63,408 bases of DNA from assembly GCA_002376945.1 (NCBI GenBank), contig DFOX01000002.1, positions 31,468 through 94,875 of the forward strand, written 5' to 3'. Origin of the DNA: Patescibacteria group bacterium UBA3530 (GTDB lineage Bacteria > Patescibacteriota > Minisyncoccia > Phycocordibacterales > UBA2100). The translations under genes and the position numbers were made by a program. Positions within the stretch are counted from its first letter, which is position 1. The number at the start of each line of letters is the position of its first letter. Below the pieces are notes generated by a model that ran no database searches, was not told the origin of the DNA, and worked only from the letters and a program-made list of their open reading frames with translations. Of the stretch, positions 49,443-58,602 are shown piece after piece.

Positions 49443-50413
49443 GATTCTTTTTTCTTAGTTATCTTACTGAGCTCTTGAATCAGATTCTCCTGCGTTTCGT
49501 AAGTATTCAGAAGACCTTTGGTGGCTTTATTCTTCCGGAACTGCAACACAGTATCAACGAAGTTATCTGCGATAGTGATCTTCTGATCAACAAAACGCTG
49601 ATAGTAGTCTTCTGCATGCTTGGGCATGATTACTTCAAAAAAGTTCTTGAGTGGATCACCGGTCCAATACTCGTCTTCGATCCCTTCGATATAGTCCTTC
49701 GTGAGGTATTCAAACTGGCCGGAGTATCGCAACTCTCTCATAAAGCCCTCTGCAGGGATGACTGCCGCGTCGACCAGCTTTTTAGCGCTCTTCGGTACGT
49801 ACGTTTTATAGAGATTCAATCCCAGAACTGAGGTGCCTTTGAACATCGGAAACAAAATACCCGATATCTTTCTAGCCACCACTACGGGTAGTCGTTTTCT
49901 ACGCTGTGTCTCTTGTAAGAAGGCAAACAATTCTTCATTGGGGAGTACCCACTGACCATTCTTAATAAGAAAAGAAATCGGAATCTTGTCGAATGTACCG
50001 TCTACAACAAAAGGGTCCTGGGAGGTTACTTTAAGATCACTGACATAAGTAGAGAGAACTTTTAAAATCAGCTTTCTAGTAGCTTCCGTATCCTGATTAT
50101 CTCTGAGGTACTCATCAATCTTCTTTTTCTTCTCTCCAAGCTCAATAATTTCAGAGATATTTTCATACGGGGAAGTAGAGAGAAGGTCATCATCTTGGAT
50201 AAGTAGTGGGATGTGTCGTGGATCAAAACGGCGATCACCCGGGCCAGTCTCACAGAGTAGATACTCAAGTTCTCGCATGGTCACTATCTTTTTGTCACGC
50301 AAAACCTTCTCAAGTCGTGAGTCAAAATAAAGTTGCAACTCTTCCGCTGTCAAAGCAGCCAAATAGTATTTATTGAGCTTTGCCTTCACTTGTTCTAGAG
50401 GGGATTTCTTCAT
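49439..50413 (-). CDS. 324-aa soluble protein of unknown family
   Basis: A long uninterrupted ORF in an AT-rich island. The start is taken at MKKSPLEQ (50413) because ORF-track start 50449 falls inside palindrome 50422-50447. I recognise no catalytic or family motif. Confidence 0.7.
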   Translation of the reverse strand: MKKSPLEQVKAKLNKYYLAALTAEELQLYFDSRLEKVLRDKKIVTMRELEYLLCETGPGDRRFDPRHIPLLIQDDDLLSTSPYENISEIIELGEKKKKIDEYLRDNQDTEATRKLILKVLSTYVSDLKVTSQDPFVVDGTFDKIPISFLIKNGQWVLPNEELFAFLQETQRRKRLPVVVARKISGILFPMFKGTSVLGLNLYKTYVPKSAKKLVDAAVIPAEGFMRELRYSGQFEYLTKDYIEGIEDEYWTGDPLKNFFEVIMPKHAEDYYQRFVDQKITIADNFVDTVLQFRKNKATKGLLNTYETQENLIQELSKITKKKES

Positions 50414-50421
50414 AGTTAAAA

Positions 50422-50447
50422 GCCTACTTATAATATTATAAGTAGGC
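50422..50447. promoter_or_regulatory. 26-bp perfect palindrome (operator 1) with embedded TATAAT on both strands
   Basis: gcctacttataat|attataagtaggc shares the 16-bp core CTTATAATATTATAAG with 50464-50487. Confidence 0.7.
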
Positions 50448-50463
50448 AAATAGCAACATGATG

Positions 50464-50487
50464 ATGTCTTATAATATTATAAGACAT
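50464..50487. promoter_or_regulatory. 24-bp perfect palindrome (operator 2) with embedded TATAAT
   Basis: atgtcttataat|attataagacat has the same 16-bp core as operator 1, with 16 bp between the two palindromes. Confidence 0.7.
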
Positions 50488-50590
50488 GTACTAGATACGC
50501 CCATTTCCCCATTATCTCTATTTGTTTGATTCTCTAAAATATGCTATATTGTTACTGGAAAGGGACTTAAATACCCTTTCTAGACTAAAA

Positions 50591-51193
50591 ATGGATAAAA
50601 TACCAACAAAAGGAGAATTTTTAGAGGTCTTATTGAGATCTTCCAAAACGGTCTTTTCTACGAAAGACGCTGCTTTGTTGTGGAATGAAGATGATAGTTC
50701 TGTTGTCACTGATCGATTAAAGCGATATGTGAAGGCTGGAAAGTTGATTCGAGTACGTCGTGGCTTGTATGCAAAAGACAAGAACTACGATCGTTTCGAG
50801 TTAGCAACCAGAATCTATACGCCTTCCTATGTAAGTTTTGAGACTGTTTTAACTCGTGAAGGGGTCAGCTTCCAATATTACGGAAATATATTTATTGCCT
50901 CATATGTAAATCGCGAAATCACCATTGGAGACCAGAAGATTACTTTTATCCGCATGAAAGATTATGTCTTGAGTAATACAGCCGGCATTGAAAGCAAAGC
51001 CGGCTACTCAATCGCAACAAAGGAACGTGCATTTTTGGATCGTATCTACGTGAGCAAAGACTATCATTTTGATAATTTAGCGAGTTTGGATTGGGATAAG
51101 GTTTTTAAAATCGCGCCTATCTATCACAACAAGCGATTGGAGAAGAAAGTAAAAGAATACTTCAAAGCCCATAATAAAGAAAAAACCGTATGA
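50591..51193 (+). CDS. abiEi: AbiEi-family antitoxin / transcriptional regulator (type IV TA)
   Basis: N-terminal wHTH with the characteristic KLIRVRRGLYA motif. It overlaps by 4 nt (ATGA) with the downstream AbiEii-like nucleotidyltransferase. The start is taken at MDKIPTKGEF. Confidence 0.75.
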   Translation: MDKIPTKGEFLEVLLRSSKTVFSTKDAALLWNEDDSSVVTDRLKRYVKAGKLIRVRRGLYAKDKNYDRFELATRIYTPSYVSFETVLTREGVSFQYYGNIFIASYVNREITIGDQKITFIRMKDYVLSNTAGIESKAGYSIATKERAFLDRIYVSKDYHFDNLASLDWDKVFKIAPIYHNKRLEKKVKEYFKAHNKEKTV

Positions 51194-51885
51194 CCTTAGA
51201 CTATTCAAAACATAAAAATATCCTGTTGCAGATATTGAAAGATATCTACTCTGATACCTCCATTGCCCCCTGCCTCGGGTTTAAAGGTGGTACTGCGGCA
51301 CTTATGTTTTATGACTTGCCGCGTAATTCAGTAGACTTGGATTTTGATTTGCTGGACGAATCAAAGGAGGATGAGGTGTTTGAAAAGGTCAGCAACATTG
51401 TTAAAGAATACGGCACAGTACTCGACTCTCATATCAAGAGATTCAACCTGCTCCACGTCGTATCCTATGACCCGAAAGCGCAGAATATAAAGGTTGAGAT
51501 CAATCGCAGACAATTCGGCTCACGGTACGAGATGAAAACATTATTGGGTATCTCAATGCTCGTCATGGTCCAAGAAGATATGTTTGCTCACAAGTTGATG
51601 GCAATGTATGAACGCATCGGCAAGACAAGCCGGGATGTGTTTGACGTTAATTACTTTGCTAAAAGCAACTGGTCGATTAATCGAGAGATTGTTGAGCAGC
51701 GTTCAGGGATGTCCTTCAAAGAAACGTTGGAGAAATGCATCGAAATGCTCGAAAAGATGGATAACAAGCACATCTTGGATGGCTTGGGCGAATTGTTGTC
51801 TGATTCTCAAAAAGACTCTGCCCGAGCAAAGCTCAAGTCAGACACGATCTTCCAATTGAAAGTCATGCTCGACAATGAAAAGTGA
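51190..51885 (+). CDS. abiEii: AbiEii/AbiGii-family nucleotidyltransferase toxin (DUF1814)
   Basis: LGFKGGTAALMFYDLPRNSVDLDFDL matches the KGGTAL...R.S.DLDF NTase motif of the family. Confidence 0.8.
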   Translation: MTLDYSKHKNILLQILKDIYSDTSIAPCLGFKGGTAALMFYDLPRNSVDLDFDLLDESKEDEVFEKVSNIVKEYGTVLDSHIKRFNLLHVVSYDPKAQNIKVEINRRQFGSRYEMKTLLGISMLVMVQEDMFAHKLMAMYERIGKTSRDVFDVNYFAKSNWSINREIVEQRSGMSFKETLEKCIEMLEKMDNKHILDGLGELLSDSQKDSARAKLKSDTIFQLKVMLDNEK

Positions 51886-51886
51886 T

Positions 51887-53041
51887 ATGGCAAACAGTAA
51901 CCTAGCAAAAGCTAAATTAGTAAAGAATGACGAGTTTTATACTCAGTACATTGATATTCAGAAAGAAATAGAATCTTATCTTGAGTACGATCCTGATACT
52001 TTCAAAAATAAAACAATCTACAGTAACTGTGATGATCCATATGAAAGCAACTTTTTCCGTTACTTCGTTCTGAATTTCAATAGACTTGGCCTGAAACGGC
52101 TTATCACCACTAGCTACAAACCCTCACCAGTTGCAAACACTCAAATCGGTCTGTTCGGCGATGATGTCACCCTAGAGCCAGTCAAAGGGCGACCGAAAAT
52201 AACGGCAAATAAGTTTATTATAAATGAGGTTGGTGATGTTGATGGTGATGGTTCCTTTTCTCTTGAAGATATCGCCTTACAGCTTAAGGCCAACAAAAAT
52301 AATGAATGGCATCCCCTAAAGGAAGACGGTGACTTTCGTAGCGCAGAATGTGTAGAGTTATTAAAAGAAGCTGATGTGGTTGTAACGAACCCTCCTTTTT
52401 CTCTTTTTCGTGAGTATGTTGCACAACTCATGGAGTATAAAAAGCGATTTTTGATTATCGGCAATCAAAACTCAATTACTTTAAAGGAGATTTTTCCGCT
52501 AGTTAAAGATAACAAAGTATGGTTTGGATGTAAGAAAGTCAAAGAATTTTGTAAGCCCGACGGCTCAATTCAAAAGTTTGGAAATGTCGGATGGTTTACC
52601 AATCTTGATCATGGTCGCCGGCACCAACCACTTAGTTTGATGACCATGCGTGATAATAGGAAGTTTAATAAAAAACTTGAAGAAAAACAGGCATACGAGA
52701 AATATGATAATTTTGACGCAATTGAAGTTCCTTTCGTCGATGCTATTCCTAGTGATTATGATGGTGTTATGGGGGTCCCCGTTTCATTTCTAGACAGGTA
52801 CAATCCTGATCAATTCGAAATTTTAGGGCTCACCAAAACTTGGTTTGGTGCTGCTACTAAAATTTATCCTGAGCAAATACAGGTTAGTAAAGATAATAAA
52901 AAAAGTAAGGTAACGAAATTAAACGATGGTGCCGTTTTGAAAATTAAAGAGCCACCAGAAAATAAAACGTATTACATTGTAAAAGAAAAACTCTATAGAC
53001 AGACATTCCCGCGATTATTAGTTAAGCAAAAGAAAAAATAG
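51887..53041 (+). CDS. M.EcoRI-family N6-adenine DNA methyltransferase
   Basis: N-terminal KNDEFYTQYIDIQKE...SNCDDPYESNFFRYFVLNF and catalytic VVTNPPFSLFREY, as I recall for M.EcoRI (PF13651-like). The alternative ATG 51875 overlaps abiEii. Confidence 0.85.
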   Translation: MANSNLAKAKLVKNDEFYTQYIDIQKEIESYLEYDPDTFKNKTIYSNCDDPYESNFFRYFVLNFNRLGLKRLITTSYKPSPVANTQIGLFGDDVTLEPVKGRPKITANKFIINEVGDVDGDGSFSLEDIALQLKANKNNEWHPLKEDGDFRSAECVELLKEADVVVTNPPFSLFREYVAQLMEYKKRFLIIGNQNSITLKEIFPLVKDNKVWFGCKKVKEFCKPDGSIQKFGNVGWFTNLDHGRRHQPLSLMTMRDNRKFNKKLEEKQAYEKYDNFDAIEVPFVDAIPSDYDGVMGVPVSFLDRYNPDQFEILGLTKTWFGAATKIYPEQIQVSKDNKKSKVTKLNDGAVLKIKEPPENKTYYIVKEKLYRQTFPRLLVKQKKK

Positions 53042-53044
53042 ACC

Positions 53045-54208
53045 ATGAAAACAACTCTAAAAAATGACATCACTATCAAAGAAGTTTGCGACGGCTTCGT
53101 CTACAACGAGCTGGAAGGTAAAGGGTTGTTTGGCTTATCCGGAAAATTAACTATTCAGCCGGAGTACCAGCGAAACTACATTTACGCTGACGGTAAAAAA
53201 GATGTTGCAGTGATTGATTCAATTTTGAAAGGTTACCCAATCGGTTTAATTTATTTCAACCAGGTTGGTAAAGATAAGTTTGAGGTACTTGATGGCCAAC
53301 AGCGCATCACCAGTATAGGTCGATTTGTGACCGGCAAGTTTGCTGTAAAAGATAAGAACGGCCATGAGCAATATTACAGTGGCATGGCCGACAGTCAGCG
53401 CAAACAGATATTAAACACTAAATTGTTGGTGTATATATGCGAGGGCGACGAGCCAGAGATCAAGGATTGGTTCAAGACTATTAATATCGCTGGGGTGCCG
53501 CTAACCGAGCAAGAAATTTTAAACGCCGTCTATTCGGGACCTTTTGTTACGAAAGCACGTGAGGAGTTTAGTAACAGTCAGAACGCCAACGTGCAAAAAT
53601 GGAGCGCTTACATCGCTGGTGACTTGAAACGTCAAGCTTACCTTGAGCGAGCTTTAGACTGGGTGTCTGGTGGCGCTATAGACAACTACATGAGCAAACA
53701 TCGTAACGATAAGGATATTACAGAGCTAAAGAACCACTTTGATAAAGTCATTGACTGGGTATCCAAAACATTCACAGATGTTGAGAGTGAGATGAGAGGA
53801 TTGGAATGGAATCGTCTCTATGAGACATATCACAAGAAAAAATATGATCCTAAGAAAGTAGCCACTGCAGTGCAACGGCTCTATGGTGATGCATACGTAA
53901 AGAACCGCAAAGGAATCTTTGAGTACGTCTTAGGTGGTGAAGTTGACACAAAGCTCCTGGACGTGCGTGTTTTCGATGACGCAACCAAGCGTTCAGTGTA
54001 CGAAGCTCAAACCGCAACAGCAAAGAAAAAGGGTAAATCAAATTGTCCGCTTTGTGCCGTTGGGCATGATGCCAACAAAGAGAAGATCTGGAGTCTGGGT
54101 GACATGGATGCCGACCACGTTGCAGCATGGAGTAAGGGAGGTGCAACGGATGTAAAGAATTGCCAGATGTTGTGTAAGACACACAACAGGGCGAAGGGTA
54201 ATCGGTAA
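53045..54208 (+). CDS. DUF262 (ParB/GmrS-like) domain fused to an HNH nuclease
   Basis: N-terminal PEYQRNYIY...[12 protein letters not shown]...[11 protein letters not shown] (DUF262). C-terminal CPLCAVG...[32 protein letters not shown] (HNH, beta-beta-alpha-Me). Confidence 0.85.
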   Translation: MKTTLKNDITIKEVCDGFVYNELEGKGLFGLSGKLTIQPEYQRNYIYADGKKDVAVIDSILKGYPIGLIYFNQVGKDKFEVLDGQQRITSIGRFVTGKFAVKDKNGHEQYYSGMADSQRKQILNTKLLVYICEGDEPEIKDWFKTINIAGVPLTEQEILNAVYSGPFVTKAREEFSNSQNANVQKWSAYIAGDLKRQAYLERALDWVSGGAIDNYMSKHRNDKDITELKNHFDKVIDWVSKTFTDVESEMRGLEWNRLYETYHKKKYDPKKVATAVQRLYGDAYVKNRKGIFEYVLGGEVDTKLLDVRVFDDATKRSVYEAQTATAKKKGKSNCPLCAVGHDANKEKIWSLGDMDADHVAAWSKGGATDVKNCQMLCKTHNRAKGNR

Positions 54209-54215
54209 ATAAGAT

Positions 54216-55466
54216 ATGAAAAAGAATGCAAAAAAAGATACAGAAAATAATGCTGGCGCCACTGAAGAATCGTTGGTCCGAGTCTTAATCTCAGGTGCAG
54301 GAAATATTAATATCGAAAAAGAATCTGATGAGAGTTTTAAGGTTGTCGTTGATAAATCCCTGCAAATTGAAGACAAAACCTTTACTGCACTTGAAGAAGC
54401 AAAAAAGCATGCAAATACTTTGCTTTACAAGCAACTGGGAAGAAAGTTTGAAAAATCAATCAGATCTGAAAATCTTGTTTTGCTAACTGGAGCGGGTGCA
54501 TCAATGGAATGCGGTGGGCCATCTATGTTGGGGTTGTGGAAAATCGTGAGTGAGGACACGTCAATTACAACCGACTGGAGCAGTCTATTGACATCGGCAG
54601 GATATGCACCCGAGATAGGTAAAGAAAATCTTGAGGATCTTTTGTCTCGCTTACAAACGCTGACGCGCGCCCACAAGATAAACAGCAGTGGAACTGATTT
54701 TGAAAATGTAATCGAAAAGATAGAAGCCAAAATTCTTGAGGAGTGTAAGAAGGTTCAAATTGGAGACAACTCCTCACACATTCGCTTCATCTCGCGCATT
54801 CTCAAAGGAAGAAGTGCATCGAGTCCGCGTCTTAAAGTTTTTACTTTAAATTATGATACTGCCTTTGAACAGACAGGCGATAAGATCAAAGCTGTTGTTC
54901 TGGACGGTTTTCTTCTCTCAAAAAACTTCAAGAGCGTAGAGTTTGATTTGGATATTGTACAGCGTGAACGTTCTCGTATTCATAATGAAGAAAACTTTTA
55001 TAGTAAGGTTTTTCAACTATATAAAATGCACGGTTCAGTTGACTGGGACTCAAGTGGCGAAGTCATTCAAAAAAATGAAACACCCACTAAGCCCACTTTG
55101 ATATATCCTAATTCGTCTAAGTTTGAAAGGAGTTTTGAAATGCCGTTTTTTGAAATGGTCTCGAGGTTACAAAGTGTCTTACGAAAAGAAAATACTACCC
55201 TTTTTGTCGTTGGTTACGGTTTTGGTGATGAGCATGTAAATAGAATTATCGGAGAAGCTCTGAAAAACAATCTGAATCTAGAAATATTTATCGTTAAGCC
55301 AAATCTTCAAGACATTAGTTTGCATAACTATATTGAGAAAATTGAAAAAGGCTCCATGAATATCCATTTGATAGGCAATACCTTTGATGAACTATCAACA
55401 GGAGTCCCCGATGTAAAAATCGGAGAACATTTGTTAGAAGAGGAAAAAAATGAAAAACCCATTTGA
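54216..55466 (+). CDS. SIR2-family (SIR2_2) NADase-like defence protein
   Basis: LVLLTGAGASMECGGPSMLGLW, FTLNYDTAFEQ, LYKMHGSVDW and VVGYGFGDEHVN are SIR2_2-type motifs. It is paired with HerA downstream. Confidence 0.8.
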   Translation: MKKNAKKDTENNAGATEESLVRVLISGAGNINIEKESDESFKVVVDKSLQIEDKTFTALEEAKKHANTLLYKQLGRKFEKSIRSENLVLLTGAGASMECGGPSMLGLWKIVSEDTSITTDWSSLLTSAGYAPEIGKENLEDLLSRLQTLTRAHKINSSGTDFENVIEKIEAKILEECKKVQIGDNSSHIRFISRILKGRSASSPRLKVFTLNYDTAFEQTGDKIKAVVLDGFLLSKNFKSVEFDLDIVQRERSRIHNEENFYSKVFQLYKMHGSVDWDSSGEVIQKNETPTKPTLIYPNSSKFERSFEMPFFEMVSRLQSVLRKENTTLFVVGYGFGDEHVNRIIGEALKNNLNLEIFIVKPNLQDISLHNYIEKIEKGSMNIHLIGNTFDELSTGVPDVKIGEHLLEEEKNEKPI

Positions 55467-57207
55467 TCACAATAAGTTTATCGGATATGTGTCGCGTGTC
55501 ACTCCAGAGCTTACACGGGTACATTTTCCTAACTCAAATCTTCTTAAGAAGTTTTATTTTGATGGTGATGTTCTTCATAGTGGCATCGTTAGAAACTATG
55601 TAATCATTGAGGGTGAAGGATATGGATTTTTAGGTCGTATTGTGAGAGTAGAACTCCCAGAAAAAGAGAGGCTCTTCTTAAGCGAAGCGGCGTTTCAACG
55701 ACAAGATGGCAACTTCCACCCAACAAGTGAAGTAGAAATTCAGCTAGCCTTCAGTATCTTCGGAGAGATAAAAGCAAAAAAAGGACTTGATCAGTACCCT
55801 CCAATCGGCTCGCGAGTGTATGCATGTTCCCCTGAGTATTTGGAGCTGTTCTTGAAAGATTTTGGGAAAGACGAAAGTGGAGAAGTTGAGGACGATTTGT
55901 TAGAAATTGCTACGCTTCCACAAGATCAAGGATATCCGATAAAAATATCTGCAAACTCATTATTCAGTCGACACTGTGCTGTCGTTGGAACTACTGGTGG
56001 AGGTAAAAGTTACACGGTAGCAAAGCTAATAGAAGAAATGATTAGGAAAGAAAAGCCGATTAAAATACTTCTACTTGACTCTACTGGAGAATACAAATCA
56101 ATTTCGGAAGAAGATAGCTGTGAGACAGCGACACTGGGCGTTGGGGGAAATACCTTTGTACATCATAAAGACCTCACGGAGTCTGATCTGTTTGCTCTTT
56201 TTAGACCTGCCGGACAGGTCCAGATGCCAATTTTACAGAATGCAATAAAGAGTTTGAAACTGGCAAGAATTCTGGAAAATAAAAAGATAGCCGATGCTAC
56301 TTTTCAAGTTCCCGCCTACTGCCAAAATGGTAATATCAAAAAAGCTGGCAACGCTATTGGTGATTATGACACTCTTCTTCAAGAGCACGCGAGCAAAATA
56401 AATTCAGAGAAAGCGGACTTTGACATAGAAAAACTGCCCGTTCAGATTGAAAACGAGTGTATCTTCCCTACAGATAGATATGATTTGACTAAATGGGGTG
56501 GTGTATCGGACAGCGCACTAACCAACGCATCAAGTCTCATTGTGAGAGTGAAATCGCGTATAAATAATAATGACTTCGCTTTTGCTTTTGGTCTGACAAG
56601 TGAAGCGAGACAAGATAAGGAATCGTTTGAGAAAATTTTCAACACCTTTTATGGTGGTGACAAAAAAATACTTCGTATTGATATAAGCAACATAGGTTTT
56701 GAAGAAAATCTTCGAGAGGTGTTGGTCAACAGTCTGGGAAGATATTTTCTGAATAGATTTCAGGACGATTCTGGAAGTTTTCGTACTATGCCTGTCATTT
56801 TTATAGTGGATGAGGCACATCAATTATTCAGGGTTGAAAAAATTAAAGACGAATACTCTAACGAATTCAAATTAGATGCCTTTGAGCGTATTGCCAAGGA
56901 AACGCGAAAGAAGGGATTGTTTTTGTGTCTAGCCACTCAAAGACCTCGTGACATACCGCACGGCGTTTTAAGTCAGATGGGAGCCTTTATTGCTCACCGC
57001 TTGATAAATCCTCTAGATCGCGAAGCAATAATGTCTGCTTCACCGGAGGGATCAAAATACTTGCTGTCCTTTCTTCCGTCTCTAGGACAAGGCGAGGCCC
57101 TGCTTCTTGGGGTTGATTTTCCAATGCCAGTTAATTTAAGGATCAAAACAGTATCAGAGCAGTTTAGACCAGATTCCGACACACCGAAGTTATTCAAAAG
57201 GGCATGA
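55450..57207 (+). CDS. HerA/FtsK-like hexameric ATPase (DUF87)
   Basis: HAS-barrel-like N-terminus (IGYVSRVTPELTRVHF), Walker A VGTTGGGKSYT, Walker B IFIVDEAHQLF, and LATQRPRDIPHGVLSQMGAFIAHRL. It overlaps the SIR2 gene by 17 nt. Confidence 0.88.
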   Translation: MKNPFDHNKFIGYVSRVTPELTRVHFPNSNLLKKFYFDGDVLHSGIVRNYVIIEGEGYGFLGRIVRVELPEKERLFLSEAAFQRQDGNFHPTSEVEIQLAFSIFGEIKAKKGLDQYPPIGSRVYACSPEYLELFLKDFGKDESGEVEDDLLEIATLPQDQGYPIKISANSLFSRHCAVVGTTGGGKSYTVAKLIEEMIRKEKPIKILLLDSTGEYKSISEEDSCETATLGVGGNTFVHHKDLTESDLFALFRPAGQVQMPILQNAIKSLKLARILENKKIADATFQVPAYCQNGNIKKAGNAIGDYDTLLQEHASKINSEKADFDIEKLPVQIENECIFPTDRYDLTKWGGVSDSALTNASSLIVRVKSRINNNDFAFAFGLTSEARQDKESFEKIFNTFYGGDKKILRIDISNIGFEENLREVLVNSLGRYFLNRFQDDSGSFRTMPVIFIVDEAHQLFRVEKIKDEYSNEFKLDAFERIAKETRKKGLFLCLATQRPRDIPHGVLSQMGAFIAHRLINPLDREAIMSASPEGSKYLLSFLPSLGQGEALLLGVDFPMPVNLRIKTVSEQFRPDSDTPKLFKRA

Positions 57208-58598
57208 CCAAAGAACACAAACAAAAACTAGAAAATGTAATTTCTGTTGCTGACTTTATTGAAAGCATAAATGCATCTTTGCTATCCCACCGTGGACGAA
57301 TTCAGGGTGAGGTAACGAGTATAAGTAAAAATTATCCTCGCGCTATTTATTTCACTATCAAAGACACCGAAGAAGAGGCGCTGCTTAATTGCATCATTTG
57401 GAGATCGGTTTACGAGCAAAACGGAGTTGATCTTGAAGTTGGTGACGAAGTTATCGTAACCGGTACACCAGAAATATATCCGAGAAATGGTCGATTCTCT
57501 CTAAAAACTCAAACGATTGAATATGCGGGTGAAGGCGCACTCAAAAAAGCATATGAGGCATTGAAAGAAAAGCTGTCTAAAGAAGGGCTGTTTGCTATAG
57601 AGAAGAAAAGAGGCTTGCCAAAGTATCCTAACAAGATCGGAGTTATTACCTCAAAGGCCGGAGTTGTTAGGCAAGACTTTAGCTCCAATCTCGGGCGTTA
57701 CGGTTTTAAAATAACAACGATCGACTCAAGAGTTGAGGGTAAAGATGCCATACATGAAATACTTGCATCTATAAAAACCTTCGCGAAAGAAGACATAGAT
57801 GTCTTGGTAATTATGCGTGGAGGTGGTTCTTGGGAGTCGCTTCAGCCATTCAACACAGAGTCTGTGGTTCGAGCTATAGCAGACTTCAAATGTCCCGTGC
57901 TTACAGGCATAGGGCATGATGTAGACGTAACGCTGGCAGAACTTGCAGCAGATGTCGGTGAATCAACCCCGACGGCGGTAGCCGAAGCGCTAAATGAGTC
58001 ATGGGATACTCTCGTTAATTCTATAGAGTCTTCAGAGGCGAAAATAGTAGGAACATTTAAAAATCTGCTGGCAGATGTTACTAGTGCGATACGAGAGAAT
58101 TCTAACTTTGCCCTGCGTTCCTATCAGAACGATTTAGCAAACTCCAATAAGACATTGAGTGTAAAAGCATCAAGAATTCGCTCGTTCTTTATTGAACTTG
58201 AAAGAAAGATAAATAAAGCCCGTACAGCGCTCCAAAGTGTCGTTGGTGGTATGAAATCAAGTATTCGTGAAAGGAAACGGTATCTGCAGAGCGCCCCTTT
58301 AAAAATTATTCGATTATCGAAAAACTATTTAGGAACCACACAGACATCTCTGTCAAAAATTGCCATGCAAATTGGTTCAGGTCAGAAAGAGATGTTTAAG
58401 ATCCTCACAAATGAATTGGATGCCGTCGAAAAAAGCATAAAACTCGTCAATCCAGAACGCAACCTCAAACTCGGCTATAGTCTCTCGTACTCGGGCGGCA
58501 AGCTCATTCGATCAACAAAAGATGTTGGTGTGGGAGACGAGACAGAGACTCATTTGTCGGACGGGAAATTTACTTCAGAAGTAAAAAATGTAAAATAA
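57204..58598 (+). CDS. xseA: exodeoxyribonuclease VII large subunit
   Basis: OB-fold N-terminus (RIQGEVTSISKNYPRAIYFTIKD), catalytic region (IGVITSKAGVVRQDF, VLVIMRGGGSWESL, TGIGHDVD). The start overlaps the HerA stop (ATGA). Confidence 0.92.
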   Translation: MTKEHKQKLENVISVADFIESINASLLSHRGRIQGEVTSISKNYPRAIYFTIKDTEEEALLNCIIWRSVYEQNGVDLEVGDEVIVTGTPEIYPRNGRFSLKTQTIEYAGEGALKKAYEALKEKLSKEGLFAIEKKRGLPKYPNKIGVITSKAGVVRQDFSSNLGRYGFKITTIDSRVEGKDAIHEILASIKTFAKEDIDVLVIMRGGGSWESLQPFNTESVVRAIADFKCPVLTGIGHDVDVTLAELAADVGESTPTAVAEALNESWDTLVNSIESSEAKIVGTFKNLLADVTSAIRENSNFALRSYQNDLANSNKTLSVKASRIRSFFIELERKINKARTALQSVVGGMKSSIRERKRYLQSAPLKIIRLSKNYLGTTQTSLSKIAMQIGSGQKEMFKILTNELDAVEKSIKLVNPERNLKLGYSLSYSGGKLIRSTKDVGVGDETETHLSDGKFTSEVKNVK

Positions 58599-58602
58599 AG
58601 AT

